This document shows positions 27,792 through 36,716 of a stretch of 55,239 nt of DNA, one piece after another (positions within the stretch are counted from its first letter, which is position 1; every line of letters begins with the position of its first letter). The DNA is taken from NCBI GenBank assembly GCA_035283845.1, contig DATESZ010000155.1:1-55239 (forward strand), in the 5' to 3' direction. Source of the stretch: Syntrophales bacterium (GTDB taxonomy: Bacteria; Desulfobacterota; Syntrophia; Syntrophales; JACQWR01). The position numbers were made by a program, and so were the translations under genes. The notes under the pieces were generated by a model that saw nothing but the letters and a program-made list of their open reading frames with translations, did not search any database and had not been told where the DNA came from.

Positions 27792-28697
27792 CTACAGCAC
27801 ATCTATGAGAAGCCGCAAGGCCAGAACAAATATACCCAGGGCAATAATTTTTTTTATGACCGAGGGGTGCGTCTTGAGTGAGAGATGCGCCCCCCAACTG
27901 GCGCCCAGGATCGTACCGGTACCCAGAAGAACGGCATAATCCAAATCTATGTAGCCAAGTCCGACAAAAGCGATAAAGCCGAAAAAACTCGTGACGGCCA
28001 GGATAAAATGAGATGTCGCCGTGGCTATATGAACCGGTATTCCCAGCACGGAATACATGAGGGGAACATGAATGACTCCCCCTCCGATCCCGAAGAGGCC
28101 TGAAAATATACCGATTAAAATACTGGCGGAAAAACCTACGGCCATGTCCGGCGCATAAGAATATTCCTCGCCCGCGGCATCCTTTAGATATCTCGTTATC
28201 GGCGCTTGCGCGGCTTTCGTCCTGACCAAGTAAATTTCGTTTCCGGAAAACAGGTAATAGGACAAGACAATTAGCAACAAACTGAAAATTAGGGAGAAGC
28301 TGCTGACAGTGAAAAACTGTGACAATAATGCCCCGACAAGGACGCCGGGGCTTGCGGCGACGGCGTACTTGATGCCAATTTCAAAATCGATCCGTTTCTG
28401 GGCGATATAGGCAAAGGTGCCGGATATCGCATTCAGCATGACAACCGCCATGGACGTGCCAATGGCATGCTGGGGTGAAAACCCGTAGAAAATAATGAGC
28501 ACCGGCACGTGGATGAAACCTCCGCCGGCGCCAATGAGGGTGCCGACAATCCCAATCAGGACGCCGGTATGAAAAACGATAATGGCCCCCAGAATACCCA
28601 GCGTCGCGTGTTCCGCGGTAATGGGCTGCGCCGCCATGGCGCTGCCTGCCATGAGAAAGATCATCCATCCCAGTAAGGTCGATAGCAGAATTTTCAA
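27792..28697 (-). CDS. TauE/SafE-family membrane transporter (mamO C-terminal-domain-like)
   Basis: Polytopic membrane protein with duplicated Gly-rich helices: GTLIGAGGGFIHVPVLII and GLFGIGGGVIHVPLMY. The TauE-like domain is the C-terminal half of MamO and is a separate gene in deep-branching magnetotactic bacteria (established knowledge, recalled). ATGA overlap with the upstream gene. Confidence 0.7.
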   Translation of the reverse strand: MKILLSTLLGWMIFLMAGSAMAAQPITAEHATLGILGAIIVFHTGVLIGIVGTLIGAGGGFIHVPVLIIFYGFSPQHAIGTSMAVVMLNAISGTFAYIAQKRIDFEIGIKYAVAASPGVLVGALLSQFFTVSSFSLIFSLLLIVLSYYLFSGNEIYLVRTKAAQAPITRYLKDAAGEEYSYAPDMAVGFSASILIGIFSGLFGIGGGVIHVPLMYSVLGIPVHIATATSHFILAVTSFFGFIAFVGLGYIDLDYAVLLGTGTILGASWGAHLSLKTHPSVIKKIIALGIFVLALRLLIDVL

Positions 28698-29584
28698 TGG
28701 GTTGCCCTAAACCGTTCCTTGAAAGTGCTATAAGCCTGCACAGCCTCTTGAAAATGAATCTTTGCCTCTTCCTTCAGCCCCTCGGAAGAAAACCTGTCCG
28801 GATGAAACGCAACTTTCAGGAATTTATAGATCCGATCTATGCGAGAAGGATCGGTTTCAGCGTCAAACCAGGGAAAATTCCGGGGCTGTCGATGGTCGCG
28901 AAGGTTCTCCTCCTGCCCGCCGCCGGATTGAAGCATAATCAGCTTCAGGTCATAGGTATGCTCCTGCATATCGTTTATATTGAGAACCAGTTCATATAAG
29001 GACATTTTTTCCTTCTTTATCTCGTCATCCAGCAGCTCTGTTTGTCTTTTCAGCACCGCTGCTGCCCGTGCAATTTCCCGATCATTGACATTAACCAGTT
29101 CCTGCAGGTGGTTTCTCAATTCATGGGCAAGGAAGGCCAGGGATATCTTCCTTTCTTCCTCATCCATACGTATTTTTTTCCGCAAAGAACTGAGCTGCGC
29201 TTCCACGGCGCTGCTTTCAAAACTTTTCAGTCTATTCTTCAAAACCGACTCGCGCTCAGAGATCCGATCCCTTTCTTCTTTCATTTCTCGCAGAGTCTCT
29301 TCCAGTCGCTTGATAATGACGGCAAACGCCTCTTTCTCGGCGCGCACTTCCTGAATCGAGCGCAAATAGCCCTCCATGAGGACATATTTGGCAATCAGCA
29401 TCCCCGCCGCCAATGAGGCCGCAATAGTCGTATAAATATGCGCTGTTGCCTTTAACTGGCCGGGAAATATGGCCGGGTAACGGGCATGGATCAACCAGCA
29501 AAGCCCTCCGGCGATGGCGGAGAAGTAAGCCAGTTTATCGGTAAAAGACGATTTTAAGATGCGAAATAGCAATTTCATAGGCAT
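28694..29584 (-). CDS. Membrane-anchored coiled-coil protein with a C-terminal J domain
   Basis: Two N-terminal TM helices and a central coiled coil. The C-terminal IDRIYKFLKVAFHPDRFSSEGLKEEAKIHFQEAVQAYSTFKERF contains the HPD tripeptide. Confidence 0.65.
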   Translation of the reverse strand: MPMKLLFRILKSSFTDKLAYFSAIAGGLCWLIHARYPAIFPGQLKATAHIYTTIAASLAAGMLIAKYVLMEGYLRSIQEVRAEKEAFAVIIKRLEETLREMKEERDRISERESVLKNRLKSFESSAVEAQLSSLRKKIRMDEEERKISLAFLAHELRNHLQELVNVNDREIARAAAVLKRQTELLDDEIKKEKMSLYELVLNINDMQEHTYDLKLIMLQSGGGQEENLRDHRQPRNFPWFDAETDPSRIDRIYKFLKVAFHPDRFSSEGLKEEAKIHFQEAVQAYSTFKERFRATH

Positions 29585-29604
29585 TTAATAGACTCCCTAT
29601 CTGG

Positions 29605-30723
29605 TCAGCTCGCAGAATTTTTTGTCCAGGGCGCGTTTTTTGCCGCAGCGACCATTCCACTCCACATCTGCGTGAAAAATCGAGTTGTAAAAAATGTAGC
29701 ATTTCTGAAGATGTTTTCATTGCCGACGTCATATATTTCAATATTTCCCCCTCCGTACGCTAAAGAGGCGCTGGCGCCATCATGATCGATAAAAACGACA
29801 TCGGGACGGCGTTTAAGGCTAACGGTTTTAACGGTGAGCCCGGTCGTGCAATCGATCATGGTCATGGTTTTGTTTTCTTTTAAGAACAATCCCCATTTCC
29901 CGTCAGGCGCCAAATCAAATGCGTATATCCCCTGAGTATTGAAAGGGATGAATTCCCTTCTTCCGTAAGGAGATCGCAAAGTATGGAGTCCATTTACGGA
30001 CATCCAGGCGAAAAGGTTATCGTTTATCTTTTTTAAATCAACAGCGCCGATGTCATCCAGACTGGAGGCCTTTTTTCTGCTTTTCCAGTCATATAAAGAA
30101 AGGGTGTCCGTCTGAAGAACATAGCGGTCCTCAAGGAAAAAGACACCCCTCGCGCCGGCGCTGTTTTTGGAAAATATGGAAACGGCCTGGTTTTCTGCCA
30201 AATCCCACACCTTGATATTGCCTGTCCCGGTGAAAACAAGATATCTGCCGCTCTGATCCAAATCCATGGAGATGACTGGTTCTTGATTGTCTATCCGCAA
30301 GGTCAGATCTCCCGTCTCGATAGCGAATATCCTGATGCTTCCCTTGCCATCGGCCGTCAGACCGCATCCGGCGATGGTTCCTTTTCCCGGCATAAAGCGC
30401 AATTGCGAAACCTGGAATCCCTCGCCGGCGTCAATCTCTAAAAACGGCTGCTCATCGGGCAACTGCCATAATTTGATGCGCCCCTCTTCTCCCGTGGCCG
30501 TAAGATTTTTGCTGGAGCTGTAGTCTATCGCGCCGGTGCTGCGCAAGCCGGCAAGCACGTGCGAGGGCGAAAGCGCAAGCGACGGTATTTCGCCGGCCCG
30601 ATTTTTGGCCGTCTTTGCATGCCCAGGGAAGACATAGGCATAGGGGAGATCGGGTTTTACCGCCATCGTGACTGCGGCAACCAGAAAGACTATAAATATT
30701 ATATATTTGACGATCGCATTCAT
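29605..30723 (-). CDS. Signal-anchored WD40-like beta-propeller protein
   Basis: N-terminal TM/signal helix. Recurring strand motifs IKLWQL, IRIFAI, IKVWDL, LSLYDW and IEIYDV at about 40-50-aa spacing. ATGA overlap with mamQ. Confidence 0.55.
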   Translation of the reverse strand: MNAIVKYIIFIVFLVAAVTMAVKPDLPYAYVFPGHAKTAKNRAGEIPSLALSPSHVLAGLRSTGAIDYSSSKNLTATGEEGRIKLWQLPDEQPFLEIDAGEGFQVSQLRFMPGKGTIAGCGLTADGKGSIRIFAIETGDLTLRIDNQEPVISMDLDQSGRYLVFTGTGNIKVWDLAENQAVSIFSKNSAGARGVFFLEDRYVLQTDTLSLYDWKSRKKASSLDDIGAVDLKKINDNLFAWMSVNGLHTLRSPYGRREFIPFNTQGIYAFDLAPDGKWGLFLKENKTMTMIDCTTGLTVKTVSLKRRPDVVFIDHDGASASLAYGGGNIEIYDVGNENIFRNATFFTTRFFTQMWSGMVAAAKNAPWTKNSAS

Positions 30724-31397
30724 CGGACGTCGGGGACCTTTTTAGCCGATTTCTCGGATTCAAACGTCTTTTCCGGGCCAAACCTCATCACGAATCCGAA
30801 AATGATGCCCGGAAACATCCTTAACCGCGAATTATAGTAATTTGCCGCCATGTTGTACCTTATCCTCGCACTGGCAATCCTCGTCTCCGTATCGGACAGT
30901 TCCTTCATGAGGTTCTGATAGGTCGCAGAGGCCTTAAGGTCGGGATAGTTCTCGGCGACGGCCTGAAATTTGGAAAGAGAGTTCTGCATGCTCAAGGTCG
31001 AAGGCGATGCCTGGGGGATGCTTTTCAACGAATCCAAAGCGCTCCTTACATCGGCGGCGTGCTGAAAGATCTTATTTTCAAAAGCCATATAATCATTGAC
31101 GGCCTTCACGAGGTTAGGAATCAGATCATTTCTGCGCTGCAATTCCGCTTCGATCTGCGTCATCTCCAGGCGCGTCTTGTAGTACTCCACGGTAAAATAG
31201 TTGTAATAATAAACAGAGGCTGACAGAAGGGACAGAAACAAGGCCGTCATCGCTATCTTCATTGCCGCCGACTGACTGCTCCATACCCTGTGCTTGAGGC
31301 GCGCTACATGGTCCGCCCACTTTTCCTGGATCGTAGCAGGCATATCGGAAATAAGGCCTAATTCTTTGGCATACAATTTCTTGATGACTTCTTTCAT
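30720..31397 (-). CDS. mamQ: LemA-family protein, MamQ-like
   Basis: One TM helix, then LQRRNDLIPNLVKAVNDYMAFE and C-terminal YNMAANYYNSRLRMFPGIIFGFVMRF, both classic LemA patterns. Confidence 0.8.
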   Translation of the reverse strand: MKEVIKKLYAKELGLISDMPATIQEKWADHVARLKHRVWSSQSAAMKIAMTALFLSLLSASVYYYNYFTVEYYKTRLEMTQIEAELQRRNDLIPNLVKAVNDYMAFENKIFQHAADVRSALDSLKSIPQASPSTLSMQNSLSKFQAVAENYPDLKASATYQNLMKELSDTETRIASARIRYNMAANYYNSRLRMFPGIIFGFVMRFGPEKTFESEKSAKKVPDVR

Positions 31398-31406
31398 TGT
31401 CCGTTA

Positions 31407-33116
31407 TTAACCTTTTACCGTAATATACAGGGGATCGCCCAAACGAATAACGTCGAGGAGAAATCCTTTTTTAACGTCCACCTTCTTCGTCAGTTCAATG
31501 AATGAATTCATATCGGTCACCGGGGTATTATTCACACCCTTGATAATGTCTCCCGATTTGACGCCGGAGGCCGCCAGCAGGCCTTCCGCCTCGGCGATAT
31601 ATACGCCTGACTTATCGGGGGGCAAGGGGGTTATTTCCGCGCCCAGCCAACTGAACTCTTTCGGCTGTTTGATCGGAGTTCCTGCCGCCGCCTGTGCTGC
31701 CAACCCCTGCGTCGTTTTGACCTTGATGGTTTTTCTGGCGCCAAACCGCAAAACCACCAGATCAATGGCGGTCCCGCTTTTTGACTCCAGAAGCTTCGTG
31801 AAGTTATTGCTGTCCAGAATCTTCCTGCCGTCTATCCTGATAATGACATCGCCCCTCTGCATACCTGCCGCATCAGCAGGCATGCCCGGAATGACGTTGT
31901 TGACCAGGACGCCGCCGCGGTTTATCATATTGTTCTGATTGGCAATCACATCATCTACATCTAAAACGGTTATACCCAGGGGAAAATTATTGTACGGCGT
32001 TTTGGGACTGGCAACGTTCAACACCTGCCCCGGAGCAGAATTTTTCGACAAAAATCCCTGTGAACGCAACTGTGGATGACAGTCGCAACAGACCCCCCGG
32101 TACTGATGCGGCGGGGTAATGACCTGCCCGTCACGCAACCGGTAGGCGTTGCCTATCTGCCGGGCATTTATCCTCCAGGCGGCAAGCTGACCGTTGGCGA
32201 CAGGGGTGAGTTCGTTTCCGAAGTCGAGAACGCCGCCCATAAGCTCCAACGACCTGTTGATGGGAACGGCGAAACTTACGCCGGCGAATGCCCCGCTCGG
32301 CGAATAAATTGCCGTATTAATCGCGATGACATCGCCCTTAGCGTTGATCAGCGGTCCGCCACTGCTCCCCTTGTTAATGGCCGAATCGGTCTGGATCAGG
32401 TTCTCATAAACTATCCCGCCGACATTGAGGGTCCTGTTCCGGCTGCTGATGATGCCGGATGTGACAGACTGGTCAAAGCCAAAGGGGCTGCCCATGGAAA
32501 TAACGACATCGCCTGTTCTGATAGAATTGGAATCCCCCAGACTTGCATGGGGGAAAGGTCCGTCCCCTTGTATCCGCAAAAGGACGAGATCGGAAGTCCG
32601 GTCTCCCTTAACGATCTTGATCGGGTATTCAAGCGCTCCCGCGGGGCCGTAAACAGTGGCCTTAAGGGAAGACGCCCCGCCCACAACATGGAGGCTGCTC
32701 AGCGCATATCCCCTGGGATCAATGATCACGCCCGAACCTATTCTGGCATAATTGGCGATAGGCTCTCCGGCGTTGGCATTTTGATCCTGCATTACTGCGT
32801 CAATACTGATGACCGCAGGTCTAACACTTTCAATAATGCCATGGTAGGAAGTTTGAAGCGCTCTTGCGGACTCAGGCGCGGTAACGGTGTTCAATGCGGA
32901 CTGCTTACCGAATCCGCCTTTATCGTCCCATTTGTTTTCCGTAAAGAATCGCCCAAAATAACCCCCTCTTTTCTGCGCCTCGTAGACAGACCAGACGAGG
33001 GTAATTATGACCATTACCACCAGCGCCAATATCCAGGGCTTGAAGTTATTCGGACAACTCTCCAAAGGCTTTTGAGAGTTTTTTCCTATGTCATCAGATG
33101 TTTTTTCCGTCCCCAT
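31407..33116 (-). CDS. mamE: MamE-like HtrA protease: TM, trypsin-like domain, one magnetochrome motif, two PDZ domains
   Basis: Catalytic residues in SSLHVVGG (His), TSDLVLLRI (Asp) and NKGSSGGPLIN (Ser). PPHQYRGVCCDCHP (CXXCH). PDZ-like PGMPADAAGMQRGDVIIRIDG and AASGVKSGDIIKGVNN. Confidence 0.85.
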   Translation of the reverse strand: MGTEKTSDDIGKNSQKPLESCPNNFKPWILALVVMVIITLVWSVYEAQKRGGYFGRFFTENKWDDKGGFGKQSALNTVTAPESARALQTSYHGIIESVRPAVISIDAVMQDQNANAGEPIANYARIGSGVIIDPRGYALSSLHVVGGASSLKATVYGPAGALEYPIKIVKGDRTSDLVLLRIQGDGPFPHASLGDSNSIRTGDVVISMGSPFGFDQSVTSGIISSRNRTLNVGGIVYENLIQTDSAINKGSSGGPLINAKGDVIAINTAIYSPSGAFAGVSFAVPINRSLELMGGVLDFGNELTPVANGQLAAWRINARQIGNAYRLRDGQVITPPHQYRGVCCDCHPQLRSQGFLSKNSAPGQVLNVASPKTPYNNFPLGITVLDVDDVIANQNNMINRGGVLVNNVIPGMPADAAGMQRGDVIIRIDGRKILDSNNFTKLLESKSGTAIDLVVLRFGARKTIKVKTTQGLAAQAAAGTPIKQPKEFSWLGAEITPLPPDKSGVYIAEAEGLLAASGVKSGDIIKGVNNTPVTDMNSFIELTKKVDVKKGFLLDVIRLGDPLYITVKG

Positions 33117-33128
33117 AATAAACCGCTC

Positions 33129-33362
33129 CTACTCGTCTTTTTTCTTTGTTGTCGGCTCAGTTGCCTTTGGCTTGTTGTTTCTCTCCATGAGAGTTGCTCT
33201 CAGTCCCGTGTTTTTTATGCCCGCCAGCAGGGCTATGATCCCAAAAAACAGAAGCACCAGAGGAAATATCGCAATGATGACGTCCACGGTATACCACCAG
33301 TAGGTCACCAGTCCCCAGATCCCCAAGCATATCGCGACAAGAGCGAAAACGATGTTTATCAT
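33129..33362 (-). CDS. mamI: MamI-like small two-TM protein
   Basis: 77 aa. ALVAICLGIWGLVTYWWYTVDVIIAIFPLVLLFFGIIALLAGI matches my recollection of the MamI pattern (LGxWGL..WWW, then a second TM helix). Positioned between mamA and mamE. Confidence 0.6.
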   Translation of the reverse strand: MINIVFALVAICLGIWGLVTYWWYTVDVIIAIFPLVLLFFGIIALLAGIKNTGLRATLMERNNKPKATEPTTKKKDE

Positions 33363-33395
33363 AATAATCTCTCCTTCTTTCTTTATTGTCTTTAT

Positions 33396-33490
33396 TGAAA
33401 ATGCCCCCTCCCTTTATCCCTCCCCCTCGACGGGGGAGGGAGGGGTGGGGGTAGTGTTCATCCTTCGTTATACCCGACCCGGGCATGGGG
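33396..33490. repeat. Palindromic intergenic element, type B copy
   Basis: Shares a 49-bp identical core with 26301..26349 and has the same tail architecture (cat ccttcgtta...gggcatggggg). Lies between the mamA stop and the mamI start. Confidence 0.85.
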
Positions 33491-33545
33491 GCTACTGGTT
33501 GAATATTCTCTTCTTATCAATTTATCAATCGGCTTTTTTATACTG

Positions 33546-34193
33546 CTATTTGCCGCCACGCCTCTCTTCGATATCAATGGCCTTCTTGAAATACTTCACC
33601 GCCTCGTCCCGCATCCCCTTCGACTCGTAGGCAAAACCAAGACTCTGATAGGCCCTCACAAAATCGGGACTGAAGGAGATCGTCTTCAGATAGGCCTCAA
33701 TGGCCTGGTCATGTTCGGAACGGGCATCAAAGATGAGGCCCGTCTTGTAATACGCCTCGGCATAGCCGGGATTGAGTTCCACGGCTTTCTTGAGGGCATC
33801 CATCGCCTCCTTGTTTTCGTCGAGTGCAAAATGAGCGGAACCCAAAAGATAAAAGGCCTGCGCAATACTGTTGTCGAGCACCACGGCCTTTTTTAAGGCC
33901 TCGCTTGCTTCTTTGAACTGGCCGGCCTGAACGTACGCCTTGCCTAGCTTAAAAAGCGCATTAACGTTGTTCGGCTCTGAGGCGAGCATTTTCTTATAGA
34001 TATCCACCGCCCCTTTATAGTCTCCTTTTTCCTCCATTTCCTTGCTGATTTCCAGGAATACCTCCTTTGATTCCTCTGGATTGAGGGTAAACAGGCTGTT
34101 GTATTTATCGACCGACCGGTCCAGAAATTTCTTAAAGTTTATGGCTAACGCCTTGCCCAGGTACTTCAACTCGCTTGTGTTAATAACTTCCAT
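33546..34193 (-). CDS. mamA: TPR-repeat protein, MamA-like
   Basis: Five or more TPR units (GDYKGAVDIYKKMLASEPNNVNALFKLGKAYVQAGQFKEASEALKKAV...). I set the start at the ATG at 34193, preceded by GGGAGGGG, giving 215 aa. The track start at 34247 lacks an RBS. Confidence 0.75.
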   Translation of the reverse strand: MEVINTSELKYLGKALAINFKKFLDRSVDKYNSLFTLNPEESKEVFLEISKEMEEKGDYKGAVDIYKKMLASEPNNVNALFKLGKAYVQAGQFKEASEALKKAVVLDNSIAQAFYLLGSAHFALDENKEAMDALKKAVELNPGYAEAYYKTGLIFDARSEHDQAIEAYLKTISFSPDFVRAYQSLGFAYESKGMRDEAVKYFKKAIDIEERRGGK

Positions 34194-34290
34194 GTTGCCC
34201 CTCCCGTAAACTATTAGACTGTAGCCTGTTAAGCTGTGGACTGTCATGCTGTAGGCTATTATAGCCTTACAGCCTATCTACCTTAAGTAG

Positions 34291-35184
34291 TCAGTAGGTT
34301 CCGAACCTCGTCTTTTTGACAGGGAAGCAGCTTACCGATATACCACAGACTTTCTTCATCTTTTCAACGATTGCTTCCTTTACCTTTTCCCCGATCATAT
34401 GGGTTTCCAGGATAGATTTCTTCTCGGAAACATCAATAATCAAATCGATCCAATTCTTCTGACCCATACACCTGGTGTGGATAGATCTGACTCCTTCAAC
34501 CCCCTCCACGGTAAGGCTTGTCTTCACGGCCTGCTCAATTATCTCTTTATCGGCAGCGGAATCTATCAGGCCATGAATGCCCTGAAGAAACATTTCCATG
34601 CTCATGTGATAGATCAACAACGCCACAACAGCGGCTGCAATGGCATCGGCATAAATGAAACCCAGTTTGGTCCCGATAAGGCCAAGCAGCACGGCCGCCG
34701 ACGAAAAACTGTCCGCCTCGCTCTCATAAGCGTCCGCTATGATCGCCGGGCTGCCGAGTTGCGTACCGGCGCATACATTTGATCTGTACATGAGATAGCT
34801 GTAGCACAAGCACACCAAAGTGGCAAGTATGGCGGCATTATGAGGAATCTCATGAATACCGTATATTAGCGCCTTCAGGGTATCCAGCAGTATGAGCGAG
34901 GCGCAGACAAAAAGGATGGTGGCGGCAAAAAGGGTGCTGATGTATTCCACCTTGCCATGGCCGTAAGGGTGCTCCTCATCATGAGGCTTTTTCGCTATCC
35001 TCAGCGCTAGGAGGATAAAAGCGGAAGCGAAAGCATCGGCGACGGAATGCACTCCGTCTGCTACCAGCCCTTTGCTGACCGTCACCATTCCCACAAAAAT
35101 CTTAAAAAACGCCGCAATGATATTCCCTACCAGGCTCATCCGGGGAGACAACTTCCCGCATCTTGCGCATTCATTGTACTTCAT
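34291..35184 (-). CDS. mamB: Cation diffusion facilitator, MamB-like
   Basis: N-terminal CARCGK (CxxC), TM2 LVADGVHSVAD (DxxHxxxD), HPYGHGKVEY, TM5 ADAYESEADSFSS, C-terminal cytoplasmic domain. 297 aa. Confidence 0.75.
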   Translation of the reverse strand: MKYNECARCGKLSPRMSLVGNIIAAFFKIFVGMVTVSKGLVADGVHSVADAFASAFILLALRIAKKPHDEEHPYGHGKVEYISTLFAATILFVCASLILLDTLKALIYGIHEIPHNAAILATLVCLCYSYLMYRSNVCAGTQLGSPAIIADAYESEADSFSSAAVLLGLIGTKLGFIYADAIAAAVVALLIYHMSMEMFLQGIHGLIDSAADKEIIEQAVKTSLTVEGVEGVRSIHTRCMGQKNWIDLIIDVSEKKSILETHMIGEKVKEAIVEKMKKVCGISVSCFPVKKTRFGTY

Positions 35185-35253
35185 CGTAACGCCGCTCTTT
35201 GCAATATCGTTCTTCCTGAATCCTTCATCCTTCAGTTTACTTCCCTGCAGCCT

Positions 35254-35811
35254 TTAGTTATAATTCAGAGACGCGTAATTCAGAGGCCCCTGCAGGAAAG
35301 GCTGCTCCCTGAAACCGAACAATGTCGCCAGAATCTTGTGCGGAAAAAGGCGACACGTCACATTATAGTTGTATGTCCAATTATTATAATTTAGCCTCTC
35401 TGCGGTTACCTTAAACCCAGTTTCCTGTATAGTTTCCATCAATAACACATAGGGCCCTTTGGATTTCAAACCCGGATACTTTTCTATCAAAAGATCAAGC
35501 TCTCTGATCAGCCTGATAATATGCAAACCTTCGCTCTTTACGATTTGCGTCTCTGTACCATGCGTCTTGGTCAGTTTGTGCAGCGCAATCAGACGATCCT
35601 GGATTTTTTCCTCCAGGGTCGCGTACATCGCGACGACATTCCGGCATCTGGAAAGAACAACCTGCTTCCGCTGCATTTCAACCAGCAGCCTGCCGTGCGC
35701 TACCTGAACAAAGTGCTTCATATCTACCAGCTCATTGTAAGTGCGCAAGCCGAATACAAAAAATGCTATCAAGACAACAGCGGCTACCTTAACTGCATAC
35801 ATGCACTTCAT
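35254..35811 (-). CDS. Divergent LemA-family protein (second MamQ-like paralogue)
   Basis: N-terminal TM helix. The C-terminal YNNWTYNYNVTCRLFPHKILATLFGF is the LemA C-terminal pattern; the central region is diverged. ATGA overlap with the upstream CDF gene. Confidence 0.65.
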   Translation of the reverse strand: MKCMYAVKVAAVVLIAFFVFGLRTYNELVDMKHFVQVAHGRLLVEMQRKQVVLSRCRNVVAMYATLEEKIQDRLIALHKLTKTHGTETQIVKSEGLHIIRLIRELDLLIEKYPGLKSKGPYVLLMETIQETGFKVTAERLNYNNWTYNYNVTCRLFPHKILATLFGFREQPFLQGPLNYASLNYN

Positions 35812-36716
35812 GGCATATAGGGTTCGATGGAAACGGATACATTAGCAATATTTTCTAAGGTTTGCATAATGCTCCCCTTTACATGGAGGCCGATCATATA
35901 CCCTTCGCTGGCAGACTTGTTGTAATCTACCTTAATGGTTATATCAATCCATCGATCCTGACCCAACTGACGGACATCAACATTTTTCACCTTGCGGACA
36001 CCGGGGACAAGCTGGACGATCGATTCTATTTCGGATCTGATCTCGAAATTAACCGAGCGGTCCATCACTCCATTGAGACCATCTTTAAGCATCCCGCCGC
36101 TTAAACGCATCAGATCCAGCGTTTCGATAACCGCAACCAGCGGGTCAAGAAACAAGAGACCTATGTTGGATCCGATGATGGCCAGCACAACAAAAAACGA
36201 AGAAAAGGTGTCCGAATGATGATGCTTCGCATTTGCCAGAATTGCGGGGCTGTTTCGCCTCGTCCCGACGCAATGCAAATACCTGTAAAGCTTATAGTTT
36301 GCAATGACCGATATACACCCCGCCCAGAGGGCGGTCAGTTTCGGTACCTGAATCTGTCCGTACAGGCCCGCCCATACATCCCTGATGGAATGGACAAATA
36401 GGAACAGGGAGGCAATAAAAATGGCAACCCCGATAAACAGCATCGCCACGAATTCAATCTTGCCATGTCCATATGGATGCCTCACGTCAGCCGGTCTCTC
36501 TGAAACCCTGATGCCAATCACCACAACCAGCGATGTTACAAAATCCTTGAACGAATAAAGTGAATTGCCCAGGATTGCCTTGCTGCCGCTTACAAAACCA
36601 ATAAAGGCCATAAAGGCCGCGAGCATGAGATTGAGAAGAGTGGCCACCAGCAGGGCCTTTTTACCGCAACTGGCGCAATCATTATTATTCAAAAATTTTA
36701 AAGCACTACGTGACAT
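35808..36716 (-). CDS. mamM: Cation diffusion facilitator, MamM-like
   Basis: N-terminal CASCGK (CxxC), TM2 GNSLYSFKD (YxxxD), HPYGHGKIEF, TM5 ANAKHHHSDTFSS (HxxxD). I set the start at the ATG at 36716 (19-nt overlap with mamP). The track start at 36851 would overlap mamP by 154 nt. Confidence 0.75.
   Translation of the reverse strand: MSRSALKFLNNNDCASCGKKALLVATLLNLMLAAFMAFIGFVSGSKAILGNSLYSFKDFVTSLVVVIGIRVSERPADVRHPYGHGKIEFVAMLFIGVAIFIASLFLFVHSIRDVWAGLYGQIQVPKLTALWAGCISVIANYKLYRYLHCVGTRRNSPAILANAKHHHSDTFSSFFVVLAIIGSNIGLLFLDPLVAVIETLDLMRLSGGMLKDGLNGVMDRSVNFEIRSEIESIVQLVPGVRKVKNVDVRQLGQDRWIDITIKVDYNKSASEGYMIGLHVKGSIMQTLENIANVSVSIEPYMP

Noticed and set aside
32076-33398. 440-aa plus-strand ORF opposite mamE and mamI
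   Set aside because: The minus strand carries a complete protease-PDZ-CXXCH architecture. The plus frame has no recognisable features and runs across a gene boundary.
34291-36716. An alternative reading of the CDF/FeoB/DtxR genes as a generic metal-resistance or ferrosome-type locus
   Set aside because: The locus has no P1B-ATPase and no other ferrosome (fez-type) genes. The CDFs sit between magnetochrome, LemA, TPR and MamI-like genes, which is specific to magnetosome clusters.
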